The position numbers and the translations under genes were made by a program. From the IMG/VR virus record IMGVR_UViG_3300032268_000832, positions 124,001-188,000 of that record: a stretch of DNA of 64,000 nucleotides. The stretch is one strand, 5' to 3'. Shown here one piece after another: positions 31,835-41,940 of the stretch. The notes below the pieces were generated by a model, which saw only the letters and a list, made by a program, of their open reading frames with translations, was not told where the DNA came from and did no database searches. Numbering within the stretch: position 1 is the stretch's first letter; the number at the start of each line of letters is the position of its first letter.

Positions 31835-32773
31835 ATGGCAACAGGAACATACGGAATAGTAAGACCAGCAGACGTTTTACCAGAAGACGTGCAAATATTT
31901 TATAGTTTTTCTCCAACTAGAGAATCACAAGGTACGGAATTAAGGGAGTTAAACCCAAATGAGGTTTTAATACCAATAAGTAACCCTAATTACAGAAACC
32001 CTGATTTAAACACTAATAATACAAACACTGGTTTTGAAATATTTGGTGGGTTATACACACTTAAATTACCAGTAAACACTTTTGGTGTTAAAGGTTACTA
32101 TACTATTATGATTAAACCAGTGGAAATAAGAACAACTATTGTAGATGTGGGTGTATTATCTGCTTACCCAGACATTAAAGGGTTAGTTTTTGATTTATCA
32201 ACAGTTGAGTCTAGATTTTTACCTAAATTTGAAAACAATGGATTGGTTGGTTATAGAATAGAATATATTAACCCAAACCCTACTGGGGACAACATAAAAC
32301 TTAATAATTTTTTTAGAGTAATCACATCTAATAATCGTTCAGAACCTGTAAACCAAAATTTAACTGATACGGTTCAAAAAGCTATTAGATATCGATTTAA
32401 CGATAATTCAACTTTAACTTTTTGTACTGTTTCACCAGCATCTGCTTCAAATGTTAAACCTAATGTATTACCGTTTATCGGTCAACCAAACCAAAATGTT
32501 ATTATAACAAATACATACTTCAACCCAATTATGATTGAAGTTGAAATGGTTGAGCACGATATTGAAACACTTGCATTTGCATTATTTGGAAATCAATCGA
32601 AATCACTTGAAGACGGTATTTATACTATATACAACTTCACTAATCAAATTTATAAACAATACAATTTATACGAAGTTAAAGACCAATTTACTGGGAAACC
32701 ATTATTTGAGGTTAGAGAACAAAGAAACAATATTGATTTTTCTAAAAATTTTAATAATATATCACAAGTTTAA
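31835..32773 (+). CDS. Putative virion structural protein
   Basis: 312 aa in the tail block; no catalytic motif. Confidence 0.5.
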   Translation: MATGTYGIVRPADVLPEDVQIFYSFSPTRESQGTELRELNPNEVLIPISNPNYRNPDLNTNNTNTGFEIFGGLYTLKLPVNTFGVKGYYTIMIKPVEIRTTIVDVGVLSAYPDIKGLVFDLSTVESRFLPKFENNGLVGYRIEYINPNPTGDNIKLNNFFRVITSNNRSEPVNQNLTDTVQKAIRYRFNDNSTLTFCTVSPASASNVKPNVLPFIGQPNQNVIITNTYFNPIMIEVEMVEHDIETLAFALFGNQSKSLEDGIYTIYNFTNQIYKQYNLYEVKDQFTGKPLFEVREQRNNIDFSKNFNNISQV

Positions 32774-32781
32774 TATAAAAA

Positions 32782-35700
32782 ATGGCTAACGAAAACATAA
32801 AAGTTGCTGGGTATGTTAAAAAAACAATATACAACGGTAACATAGAATATAGAAATTACAATCCAGACCTTGTAGGTTTACAACTTACTAGCGATGGTGG
32901 TACTCCATTATTTACAATGGGTAATTTCAATATTACAACTAATGTAGACCCTAAGACAGATAAGAATTTTATAACAAAACAATTTTCTGATTTTGTAACA
33001 TTAGATGGGTTAAACTTGACAGTTAGCCAAAGTGAAACATTATTAAATAATAACGCGACAGTTTTTTTAAATGTTGATAAATCAAAATTATCATACTACG
33101 CAACATTTGGTTCATTAACTGAATTTATGCGTGTTGGTTTGGAAAATATAATAATTAACTGGCCAGCATCTATTTATACGTCACCAATTAAAACCTTAGA
33201 CACTGGTTTTGAAATAACTGGTAATACTTATGAAAATTATTCTTACAATGAAATAACAAACGTAGCATCATTTAGAATACCTACTAATTTTATTGTTAAT
33301 CCATACAATATAAATTATTTAACAAACGGTGATATTAGCGGTACTTTTAACGAATCAAACACGTTAAGAAATTTGGTAACAAACTATGATTCATATGCGT
33401 TATTATATAATACAGTAGAATATGATGTAGTCGGTTTTACTGGTACAACTAGTACTGTAAATGACTACATATATTTTGAAATTAAAAACAATCCATTTAC
33501 CGCAACTAGTAGTGCGTTTAGTTTTCACATTAAACCAAAAAGTATAATTTGTGATAACTTTTTTAACACGTTAGATGAATTTGAATATTATTTATTAAAT
33601 AGACAATCATTACCTATATACACTGCAACATTTAAATATCCGTTAAGAACGGATTTTGGTGTTTTGTTATACACAGAAACTTCTGTAACATGGCCTACAA
33701 CGGATGGTTATAACTTAGATTATTCAACCGATTATTACGAAACGTATGCTACTTCATTATTTAATTTAGCCAATGACAGCGATTTAATTAACAGTAATTT
33801 AATGACTAGATTTTTAGTTAGTGAATCTATTACTGGTTTTGATACGATGCCATATTATTTATCTGACGAAGACCAAGATACTTCTGGTGGTAAAGTTAAT
33901 AAATTACTTAACATTTATGGTGTTTCTTACGATGATTTAAATAGATACATTGAAGGTATTTCATTTGCAAATACCGTTACATATAATAAATTAGATAACA
34001 CACCAGATGTTTATTTAAAAAACATAGCTAGAGTTATGGGTTGGGAGTTAATAGAATCGGTTATAAGCAACGATTTATTAACAGACTATATAAAGTCTAG
34101 TGAATCATCTTTTAGTGGCCAATCGGTAGGTTTAACACCAGTAGAAGCTGATATTGAATTATGGAGAAGAATAATACTAAACACACCATGGATTTGGAAA
34201 TCAAAAGGTACTAGAAAAACTATTGAGTTTTTACTTAGATTTATAGGAACCCCAAATGGTTTGATTACATTCAATGAACATGTATATAAAGCAGATAAAC
34301 CAATAGATATGGAATTGTTCTTAACAATTTTGGAATTAAATGGTTTAGATACTGATATTACAAATTATCCAGTTGACAGTGAAGGTTATCCTAGATTTTT
34401 CGCTGATACAAATGACATGTATTTTCAAGGTAATGGTTTATGGTATAGAGAAACCAGTGGTGTTAATTCTGTTTTAGATATAACAGCTGGTAACAACCCA
34501 CATATAGGTCCTTATGATAGAGGTTATAAATACTTTAATCAATTAAGAACGCTTATCCCAGATTTTACACCAGTAACTATAACATCAAATACAGTTACTA
34601 CAACATCTCAAGATTTATTTACAAATTATAACACAGGTGAGATTACTGATTACGATGGGGCTATATATGTAGATGTTCAAAATTTAAATGGTTCTAATTT
34701 ATCTGATTGTATAACATACACAACAGAAATAATTAAAGACCCCAAACCAGAAGATATAATAACCGAATGCGGTTGCCCATGTGAATCTATAAAAGATGAA
34801 TCTTTAAGTATTTGTTTAAAAACAGAAAAAACACCAATAGTTGAAGATGAATGTTATGCTAGTTATACTGAAGACCCAAAAACAGGTTTATATGTATTTG
34901 TACAATATTATGAAGACAATCAAGGTAATGATACAAATTATATCTATAAGACAGAATTTATAGATAGGGACTGTTGTTCAGCACCACCAATTGAAGGTTT
35001 TTCTATGTATAATGATGTTTATGATAGTGTTGAAGATACTATTTCTTCAGGTTATGTGTGTTGTAAAAAAGGTGTCGATTGTGCGTGTAATGTTGCTAAA
35101 GATTGGATTATTTCACAATCTCCAATACAAATAAATGGTGAAAATTATTTAAAATTTATAACACTTAACGGTTTTGGAAATAATGTTGTTGTTGGTGCCG
35201 ACTCTAGTCTTTGTCCATCTGTTAATTCAGCAGGTTACGGTCAACTATGGGCAACACCTGTAAATAATATTATAGACCCATACACTGGTTTAGTTGGTTT
35301 TGGTTGTAAATTAACACAATATGGTTTAGCGAATATTAATATATTATATACAGCTTATCAAGACAAAATTAAAAAAGACGCAGGGTGTGGATATGTTTTC
35401 CCAGATGTAGAATCAGAACCAGAACCAGTAACATGTATAGCTCCAACATTAACCCAAGTGGCATGGCAAGACTATGGTGGTTATAGATATATATGGACAC
35501 TACAACAAAGACCATGTAATAGAGGGACACTTAGATTACAATATTCTTTAAACGGCATTGATTTTAGCGATTTTGAGATTGAAACCAGCACAAACCCATC
35601 AATCGATGGTTCATTAGCTTATACAGTTTCAATTGATGATAATCTTTTTGATGGTTTGTTTGTTTATTTTAGATTAAATGTGACATATGAAATAAGTAGC

Positions 35701-36084
35701 GACTGTAACGAACCGTTTACTGACTGTACAGTATCTTCAAATATATTAACAATTGATAATAGAAAAGAAAAAGACTATGTAAGTATAAAAAGAGGTGATT
35801 TTTCAGCTTCTGATAGTGAACTTGGTGTGGCAACAGGAATACCTACCCCTACACAATTAGGTGTAGTTTGTAATAACACTAATAATTACTTTGATTGTAT
35901 ATTATATCCACAAAATATTGGACGATTCACAATAGGTGACAGGGTAAAAATTTCTGAAAATGAGGTGTTTATAGGTAACAATAAATGGGTGGTTTTAGAT
36001 TATCAAGACCAAGGTTATTGGAAAAGACCTTGCAAAGTTGATAACGACGGTTATATAACACTTGTATCCCAAGTTTCATGTTAA
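32782..36084 (+). CDS. Baseplate wedge gp7 / P2 gpI-like protein with Cys-rich C-terminal extension
   Basis: YLKNIARVMGWEL..ELWRRIILNTPWIWKSKGTRKTIEFLLRFIG core; CGCPC and CCKKGVDCAC downstream. Confidence 0.6.
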   Translation: MANENIKVAGYVKKTIYNGNIEYRNYNPDLVGLQLTSDGGTPLFTMGNFNITTNVDPKTDKNFITKQFSDFVTLDGLNLTVSQSETLLNNNATVFLNVDKSKLSYYATFGSLTEFMRVGLENIIINWPASIYTSPIKTLDTGFEITGNTYENYSYNEITNVASFRIPTNFIVNPYNINYLTNGDISGTFNESNTLRNLVTNYDSYALLYNTVEYDVVGFTGTTSTVNDYIYFEIKNNPFTATSSAFSFHIKPKSIICDNFFNTLDEFEYYLLNRQSLPIYTATFKYPLRTDFGVLLYTETSVTWPTTDGYNLDYSTDYYETYATSLFNLANDSDLINSNLMTRFLVSESITGFDTMPYYLSDEDQDTSGGKVNKLLNIYGVSYDDLNRYIEGISFANTVTYNKLDNTPDVYLKNIARVMGWELIESVISNDLLTDYIKSSESSFSGQSVGLTPVEADIELWRRIILNTPWIWKSKGTRKTIEFLLRFIGTPNGLITFNEHVYKADKPIDMELFLTILELNGLDTDITNYPVDSEGYPRFFADTNDMYFQGNGLWYRETSGVNSVLDITAGNNPHIGPYDRGYKYFNQLRTLIPDFTPVTITSNTVTTTSQDLFTNYNTGEITDYDGAIYVDVQNLNGSNLSDCITYTTEIIKDPKPEDIITECGCPCESIKDESLSICLKTEKTPIVEDECYASYTEDPKTGLYVFVQYYEDNQGNDTNYIYKTEFIDRDCCSAPPIEGFSMYNDVYDSVEDTISSGYVCCKKGVDCACNVAKDWIISQSPIQINGENYLKFITLNGFGNNVVVGADSSLCPSVNSAGYGQLWATPVNNIIDPYTGLVGFGCKLTQYGLANINILYTAYQDKIKKDAGCGYVFPDVESEPEPVTCIAPTLTQVAWQDYGGYRYIWTLQQRPCNRGTLRLQYSLNGIDFSDFEIETSTNPSIDGSLAYTVSIDDNLFDGLFVYFRLNVTYEISSDCNEPFTDCTVSSNILTIDNRKEKDYVSIKRGDFSASDSELGVATGIPTPTQLGVVCNNTNNYFDCILYPQNIGRFTIGDRVKISENEVFIGNNKWVVLDYQDQGYWKRPCKVDNDGYITLVSQVSC

Positions 36085-36121
36085 TAATTAAATTAAATAT
36101 ATTTATAATAAAAAGAAAAAA

Positions 36122-39100
36122 ATGCCTTTAACAAAACAAGATATTAGTGATGTAAATGCTAAATGTACTAAGATTTGGAATAACATATTAAACTATGGTG
36201 GTGGGAATATAGTGTATGTACCAGATGGTACAATATATGCTGATATAGCTAATGGTGATGGAACGTTTACTAATTACGAAATAACACAAACGTGTTGTAA
36301 AATATTAGCAAAATCAGCTACTGATAACCCAAACACACCTAGCAACGTAAACCCACAGAACATATACTTTGATTTAGATGAACAAAAATGTAGATGGTCA
36401 GAAGAACCTAAAAATGCATGCTCAACTGAAAACACACCAATTAAAATAGTGTTAAACCCAGTTGGTAATGATGGCGCTTTTTTTACATTAACTGAAAACG
36501 ATATATGTTCTTTAAAGGTAAAATTTAATTATTTATTTAAAATAAATTGTGAAGTGTTAAAAGATATTATAAGCGGTCCAGCCGCCAACCCATCTTTTAA
36601 TGTAGCGTCAAATGATGAGTTATTAATTTTAAGACAATCAAAATTTGAATTAGAATCAAATTCTTTTGATATAAATAACGAATTAGATAATTTAGTACAA
36701 CAAAACGCTAAATTAAATTATTCTATTGTATGTAATGAATTCCCAACAAACGATGAAGTTCTTCAATCAACACCAGAAACAAAAATAAGTGCTTCACAAA
36801 CTTTACCGTTTACTAACACTGGATTTGGTTCATTAACAAACACAACCGATTTATCGTTAACAAATACTAAAGTAGGTCCAGTATACAAAACAAAAACTGT
36901 TAATTTTTGTTTAACTGAAATTGGTTTAGATAGTTGGAGACAAGTAATTGGTGAAGATAATTATTCAGGTTTTATAAACGGTATTGCTGATAGTTACACA
37001 TGTTTAGATGTGGTGTCTATATATGAGTTAAACAAAACTGCTGTATTAAACAACCAACCAGAATTATTATTTGAATGTAACACACCTTTCGGTGAAAAAA
37101 CTAGAACATTAAATAGAATTGAAGAATTATCTAAACTTAAAATAGAAAACAAAACAAAACAAGACAATGTTGATGTTAAAATTAAAAATATAACAGATAT
37201 AAAAGACACAAACGTTTGCTCAACATTATTAGGTCAATTTGAAAATTTAAGCGCAACAGTAACCTTAGACTTAGTAAATGATAACGGCACAACAACTCAA
37301 ATTTACTCACAAACTCTTTTTAATCGAATAGGTAACTTATATAATTATTTAAGTGAAAATACAGATAACAGTGGGTTTCTTGTATGTGGTGAAGCTTCAG
37401 AAACAGAAACATGGGCATCTGGGTGTACTGGTTTAATTTATCCAGAATTTACAAATGGTGTTTTAACCGTTGACCCAGAATCAGACAATATAAATGTGTC
37501 TATTTGTCAAATAGTTAAAGAAACATTATATAGTGAATTATACAATAACTCAGGGTTAGTCTCAACATCTGATTTCAATCAATCATTATCACCAAATGCG
37601 TTTAATTCAAATTGGTTAACATATGAAACAACAATTGATGACCAAGCTATAATAACTGGTATCACAAATAATCAAATAAAATTAAATGTGATTATTAACA
37701 GTTCATGTGGTAATTTATGTCTTTTAGTTGACCAAATTAATATGACAAAAGTTTGTGAAGATGCTAATAGAACAAATATATTTATTAGCCAATCACCAGG
37801 ATTTAATTTAACTAGAGTTATCGATAATAAAAAATCTTGGCTTCAAGCTGACTCATATACCGAAAGAGATTTCCACATTGGAAATTATAACGATGCTAAT
37901 CAAATTCGTCAAACAGAATACACTGTTGATGAAGAAAGGTTAATATTAAACACTAAAGAAATAGATTTAACCATGAATATGGCGTCAGCTATTGAAAATG
38001 ATGTTTGGTGTTATTTGGTTGATAACCCTAATTTATTAACAGGTCAAACATGTAGTTCAAACACAAGTTTAACACCAACAGATATTTATGGTAACCCAAT
38101 CATTTTACCTACTGCGCAAACATTAACAGATGTGTCGGTAATTATAGGGGATGCTACAAACTATTTATATAGTTGTATTGCGGCGGCGCCTTATCCAAAA
38201 ATAGATATATGTTATCCAGAGATAGAAAACCAAGTATGTGGTGATACTTTAAAAATTTTATTAGATAATGGTAATAAAAGTCTTTGGGTTACATGTCAGG
38301 ATGGGCAATTAGGTTTTTATTATATAAGCGCAAATACAAACACACAAAACACTATTTTTAATATAACACAATCTACCTTAGACCCAATAAGTTTAAAAAT
38401 AGATTTATTTAAATTGCGTGTTAGTGATGATGGTGGTATGTTTTATTCTGAAGATTGTTTAAGTGATATTTTAGTTAATTTTGTATTTAATGGTTCTAGT
38501 TTAGGTGCTTTAACTTCTTATATAGAAGTTATAAATGATTTTATAGTTAAAACTAATTCAGACCATCCGTTATATGAAGCTTTTTGGAACTCAGATGGTA
38601 CGTGTAATTTTTGTAATAATACATGTGGTGATAAAAGAATTGATTTCTCTGGATTTATGTCAACAAATATATCTGAAATTAAAACGTTAGAATCATTTGA
38701 TGATTTAATGATATCAGAATTGATTGATGTTAAAAATAGAAAAACACTTTCTAGCTACCCATCGCTTAGAGCAGTATATGATAGGTATATGGATGCTACA
38801 GAATATGGTTTAACAAATAGTAATGAATTTGATTACTATAAGATGGACCAATTTACTAGTCTTGTAAAAACATATTGGGATGATTTGATTGAACAAGTTG
38901 TTCCATCAACAACTATTTGGGGTAATGTTAAAGTTTATACAAACACCCTATTCGACCAACAAAAATTCAAGTATAGAAGCTATACTACATTGTTATGTAA
39001 CAGTCCTTTAAACTTCACAACATTACCAAGTCCGATAAATGGTTCTGATGGTCAATGTAAAGATATTGAAATAATAGTTCAAAATGTACAAACAACGTCA

Positions 39101-39793
39101 GGTGTTACATCTTACACGTCAAATAAACAAACGTTCAATAGTGTTTGTATATCACAAATGAATTGGGGTTCTGAGTTTGTTGGTAATGTTGATATAAGAG
39201 ATGGTAGTAATAATTATATTAATAACGATACTTTTTGTAATACCTGTGATAAAAATATTAGGTGGTATAACATGGTTGATAGACCAGAATTTATAATGGA
39301 AGCTTTAGTGTGTTACCCTATTGGTACAACCGCGGTTACGTTTTCAATCAGTACTTTAACAGTAAATGATACATCCTTCGTAACAACACCTTTAAGTTCA
39401 ACAACGATAACACCTAATAATGTTAATCTTGTCAGAGCTGAAAATAACATCATATCTGGTTGTACTAGTGGTGGTATAACTGGTTGGACATACACTAATT
39501 TTGTTGATTTCTTAAACGACACCTTTACTAATTTAGGTTTAACTGAATATAAAGCAATAATTTCCTTAAAAGAAAAACAAGGTGTTGGTAATGAGTGTAG
39601 TATGAATGGTTTTTATATAAGTTACCCTAAAAATGATGTTTTTTCAATTGTAATTGAGAGTGATAGTGATGTTAGTACAATATGTAATTATACAAATATA
39701 GGTCTTTTTCTTATAAAAGGTAATAAAAATTATTATTGTAGCACTGCCGACAATATAGGTTATGACTGTTTAAAAAATATCGTAAATGAATAA
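36122..39793 (+). CDS. Large Cys-rich putative baseplate/tail protein
   Basis: 1223 aa; LILNTKEIDL and YWDDLIEQVVPSTTIWG motifs; preceded by ATATTTAT at 36099. Confidence 0.5.
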   Translation: MPLTKQDISDVNAKCTKIWNNILNYGGGNIVYVPDGTIYADIANGDGTFTNYEITQTCCKILAKSATDNPNTPSNVNPQNIYFDLDEQKCRWSEEPKNACSTENTPIKIVLNPVGNDGAFFTLTENDICSLKVKFNYLFKINCEVLKDIISGPAANPSFNVASNDELLILRQSKFELESNSFDINNELDNLVQQNAKLNYSIVCNEFPTNDEVLQSTPETKISASQTLPFTNTGFGSLTNTTDLSLTNTKVGPVYKTKTVNFCLTEIGLDSWRQVIGEDNYSGFINGIADSYTCLDVVSIYELNKTAVLNNQPELLFECNTPFGEKTRTLNRIEELSKLKIENKTKQDNVDVKIKNITDIKDTNVCSTLLGQFENLSATVTLDLVNDNGTTTQIYSQTLFNRIGNLYNYLSENTDNSGFLVCGEASETETWASGCTGLIYPEFTNGVLTVDPESDNINVSICQIVKETLYSELYNNSGLVSTSDFNQSLSPNAFNSNWLTYETTIDDQAIITGITNNQIKLNVIINSSCGNLCLLVDQINMTKVCEDANRTNIFISQSPGFNLTRVIDNKKSWLQADSYTERDFHIGNYNDANQIRQTEYTVDEERLILNTKEIDLTMNMASAIENDVWCYLVDNPNLLTGQTCSSNTSLTPTDIYGNPIILPTAQTLTDVSVIIGDATNYLYSCIAAAPYPKIDICYPEIENQVCGDTLKILLDNGNKSLWVTCQDGQLGFYYISANTNTQNTIFNITQSTLDPISLKIDLFKLRVSDDGGMFYSEDCLSDILVNFVFNGSSLGALTSYIEVINDFIVKTNSDHPLYEAFWNSDGTCNFCNNTCGDKRIDFSGFMSTNISEIKTLESFDDLMISELIDVKNRKTLSSYPSLRAVYDRYMDATEYGLTNSNEFDYYKMDQFTSLVKTYWDDLIEQVVPSTTIWGNVKVYTNTLFDQQKFKYRSYTTLLCNSPLNFTTLPSPINGSDGQCKDIEIIVQNVQTTSGVTSYTSNKQTFNSVCISQMNWGSEFVGNVDIRDGSNNYINNDTFCNTCDKNIRWYNMVDRPEFIMEALVCYPIGTTAVTFSISTLTVNDTSFVTTPLSSTTITPNNVNLVRAENNIISGCTSGGITGWTYTNFVDFLNDTFTNLGLTEYKAIISLKEKQGVGNECSMNGFYISYPKNDVFSIVIESDSDVSTICNYTNIGLFLIKGNKNYYCSTADNIGYDCLKNIVNE

Positions 39794-40094
39794 AACAATA
39801 ATAAAAGGTAGAGAAAGATTAAATAGAGGTAAACTTAATAGTTTTGCTGAATTACCTATTGATAAACAAGAAATTTTTAAAAAAATAAAAGAAAGTTTAA
39901 AAAAATATTTAACTACTGAAGTTTTTGTTTTTGGTAGTTATAATCATGGTTATTGGGATGAAGAATCTGATTATGACGTTATTGTATTTAATGAAATACA
40001 CACCGACATTAGAGATAAAATTAGAGAAGAAGTTGGTGTTAAAGTGGATGTAATGTTTGGTAAAAATAACATAGGATATATTCCAATACCATAA
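39786..40094 (+). CDS. Minimal nucleotidyltransferase (Pol-beta superfamily, MNT-like)
   Basis: VFVFGSYNHGYWDEESDYDVIV = hG[S]x8-10DxD signature, plus third acidic strand KVDVM; 102 aa. Confidence 0.8.
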   Translation: MNKTIIKGRERLNRGKLNSFAELPIDKQEIFKKIKESLKKYLTTEVFVFGSYNHGYWDEESDYDVIVFNEIHTDIRDKIREEVGVKVDVMFGKNNIGYIPIP

Positions 40095-40105
40095 TATTTA
40101 TTAGT

Positions 40106-40348
40106 ATGATACAATTAATACAAAACATACAAGGTAATTTTATAACCGAAATAAAGGGTGAGATAACTTATGCAAAAAGTATTGAAGCTGATATACAAAG
40201 AGAAGATTATATAAATATATACGCTTTTACCGCTTTTTTACAAAATTTATCACAAACACCAATCACTAATAGATTAGCTAAACCGTTTACGTTTGGTTAC
40301 ACTCCACCAATTGGTATAACAGAACAAAACATAGACATCAATTATTAA
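40106..40348 (+). CDS. Small hypothetical protein
   Basis: 80 aa; ATATTTAT at 40094 directly upstream. Confidence 0.5.
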   Translation: MIQLIQNIQGNFITEIKGEITYAKSIEADIQREDYINIYAFTAFLQNLSQTPITNRLAKPFTFGYTPPIGITEQNIDINY

Positions 40349-40353
40349 TTAAA

Positions 40354-41883
40354 ATGAGATATCAAGAAAGAATATACCCACAAACAAATGTAAGTGCTTT
40401 GAGAAACAAAGATATAACCATATTTAATATGAGTTCAGATATCTGTGTTTTCAATGCACCATCATATTATATTAGTGGTGCGACAACCTTAGATTGTACT
40501 GTATTAAGTGCAACATCTGTTAGTGGATACTCTCATATAATTTCAGGTGAAACTCAAAATATACCATTAAAAATTACTTTTACCTCAAATACTGAAAGCT
40601 TTACAATTAACAACGCAATTTTTAATTATAAATTATATAAATTTGAAGAAAATAATAATAGTTTTACTGCAATACCTAGTTATTCGTCAAACAATATATA
40701 TTATTCTTCATTAACTAGTAGCGCGACAACACAATTAATTCCATCATCTGGATTAACACTAGATGCTGAATATATGATAAAAGGGTTCTATAGTTTTTCA
40801 GCATGTACTGATTACATGGGTAAATTAGGTTATACAATAGACACATCTAAATATGTTGGTGGTTCAGAATACGGTATCTATAATAAAAATTTTGATTATT
40901 ATTTTGCTGTTATTGAAGCTGCTGCTACACCACAATTCAGTTATAATGCTAGTAATAGTGTGGCCAACAGTTCTTTACAACAATCTTACTTACCAATAAA
41001 TTATTACACAATTTATCCTGACATTGACCAATTAAATATTAATTTTGATGAAGAAGAATTTGAAGATGGTAACGAATTAATACCAGAACAAAATAACACA
41101 ATGATAGGGATACCTGCTCAAATAGACACACCTTTTATATTAACTTTAAATGGTTTAGTTCTAGCACCAAATGCTGATTATACTTATTCTGGTAATAGTA
41201 TTGTGTATTTAAATGCACCTTTGGACCCTGAAGATGTTGTGACTATAATTTATACTTCATCTTCACCAAACACGTTAAAAAATGACATTATTGAAATAAA
41301 TAGTGTGATACCTAGTGGAGCAACAAATGGACAAGGGGATTATTTAGTATACTACAACACCACTACCAACAGATACGAATTATTCACATCGGCTAAACCA
41401 ATAGATTTTAGTAAAGTTTTACTTATGATTAATGGTGTTATGTTGGCGAATGGGATTGATTTTTACCAATCAACATCAAACCCTAGAAGAATAATACTTA
41501 ATGGTGATGTTGTTTTAAATGACATCATAACTATATCTTATTTTCCAGATGGTGTTGTTGGTGATATAATAACTGAAAGTCCATCAGCTTCATGGTCAGT
41601 CACACCAACACCAAATAAGGTTAATGGATATTTTACATTACAATTATCTACAGATGTTGATTTTAAAAATATTGTTTATTCGTCAATAACTGACTATTAC
41701 GTTGGTTCACCTTTTTATAGTGTTGATTTCCCAGTTTCTGGTTACACTTATGGTGATAGGTTATTTTATAGAGTTAAAAATGATAAAAATTATGAGACTA
41801 TTTGTGGCAACATTATCAATAGTTATTCATATAGTGATATAATACCAATAACAATTGCAACGAATTCGATAAATTCATATTAA
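40354..41883 (+). CDS. Putative virion protein with Ig-like repeats and C-terminal FN3-like domain
   Basis: Two repeats LNGLVLAPNADY..DVVTIIY / INGVMLANGIDF..DIITISY; C-terminal ASWS..YFTLQLSTDVDF..FYRVKN. Confidence 0.5.
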   Translation: MRYQERIYPQTNVSALRNKDITIFNMSSDICVFNAPSYYISGATTLDCTVLSATSVSGYSHIISGETQNIPLKITFTSNTESFTINNAIFNYKLYKFEENNNSFTAIPSYSSNNIYYSSLTSSATTQLIPSSGLTLDAEYMIKGFYSFSACTDYMGKLGYTIDTSKYVGGSEYGIYNKNFDYYFAVIEAAATPQFSYNASNSVANSSLQQSYLPINYYTIYPDIDQLNINFDEEEFEDGNELIPEQNNTMIGIPAQIDTPFILTLNGLVLAPNADYTYSGNSIVYLNAPLDPEDVVTIIYTSSSPNTLKNDIIEINSVIPSGATNGQGDYLVYYNTTTNRYELFTSAKPIDFSKVLLMINGVMLANGIDFYQSTSNPRRIILNGDVVLNDIITISYFPDGVVGDIITESPSASWSVTPTPNKVNGYFTLQLSTDVDFKNIVYSSITDYYVGSPFYSVDFPVSGYTYGDRLFYRVKNDKNYETICGNIINSYSYSDIIPITIATNSINSY

Positions 41884-41940
41884 TATTCTTTACAATTGCA
41901 TATTTATAATTAAAATAAAGATAAAAGACAAAACAAAATT

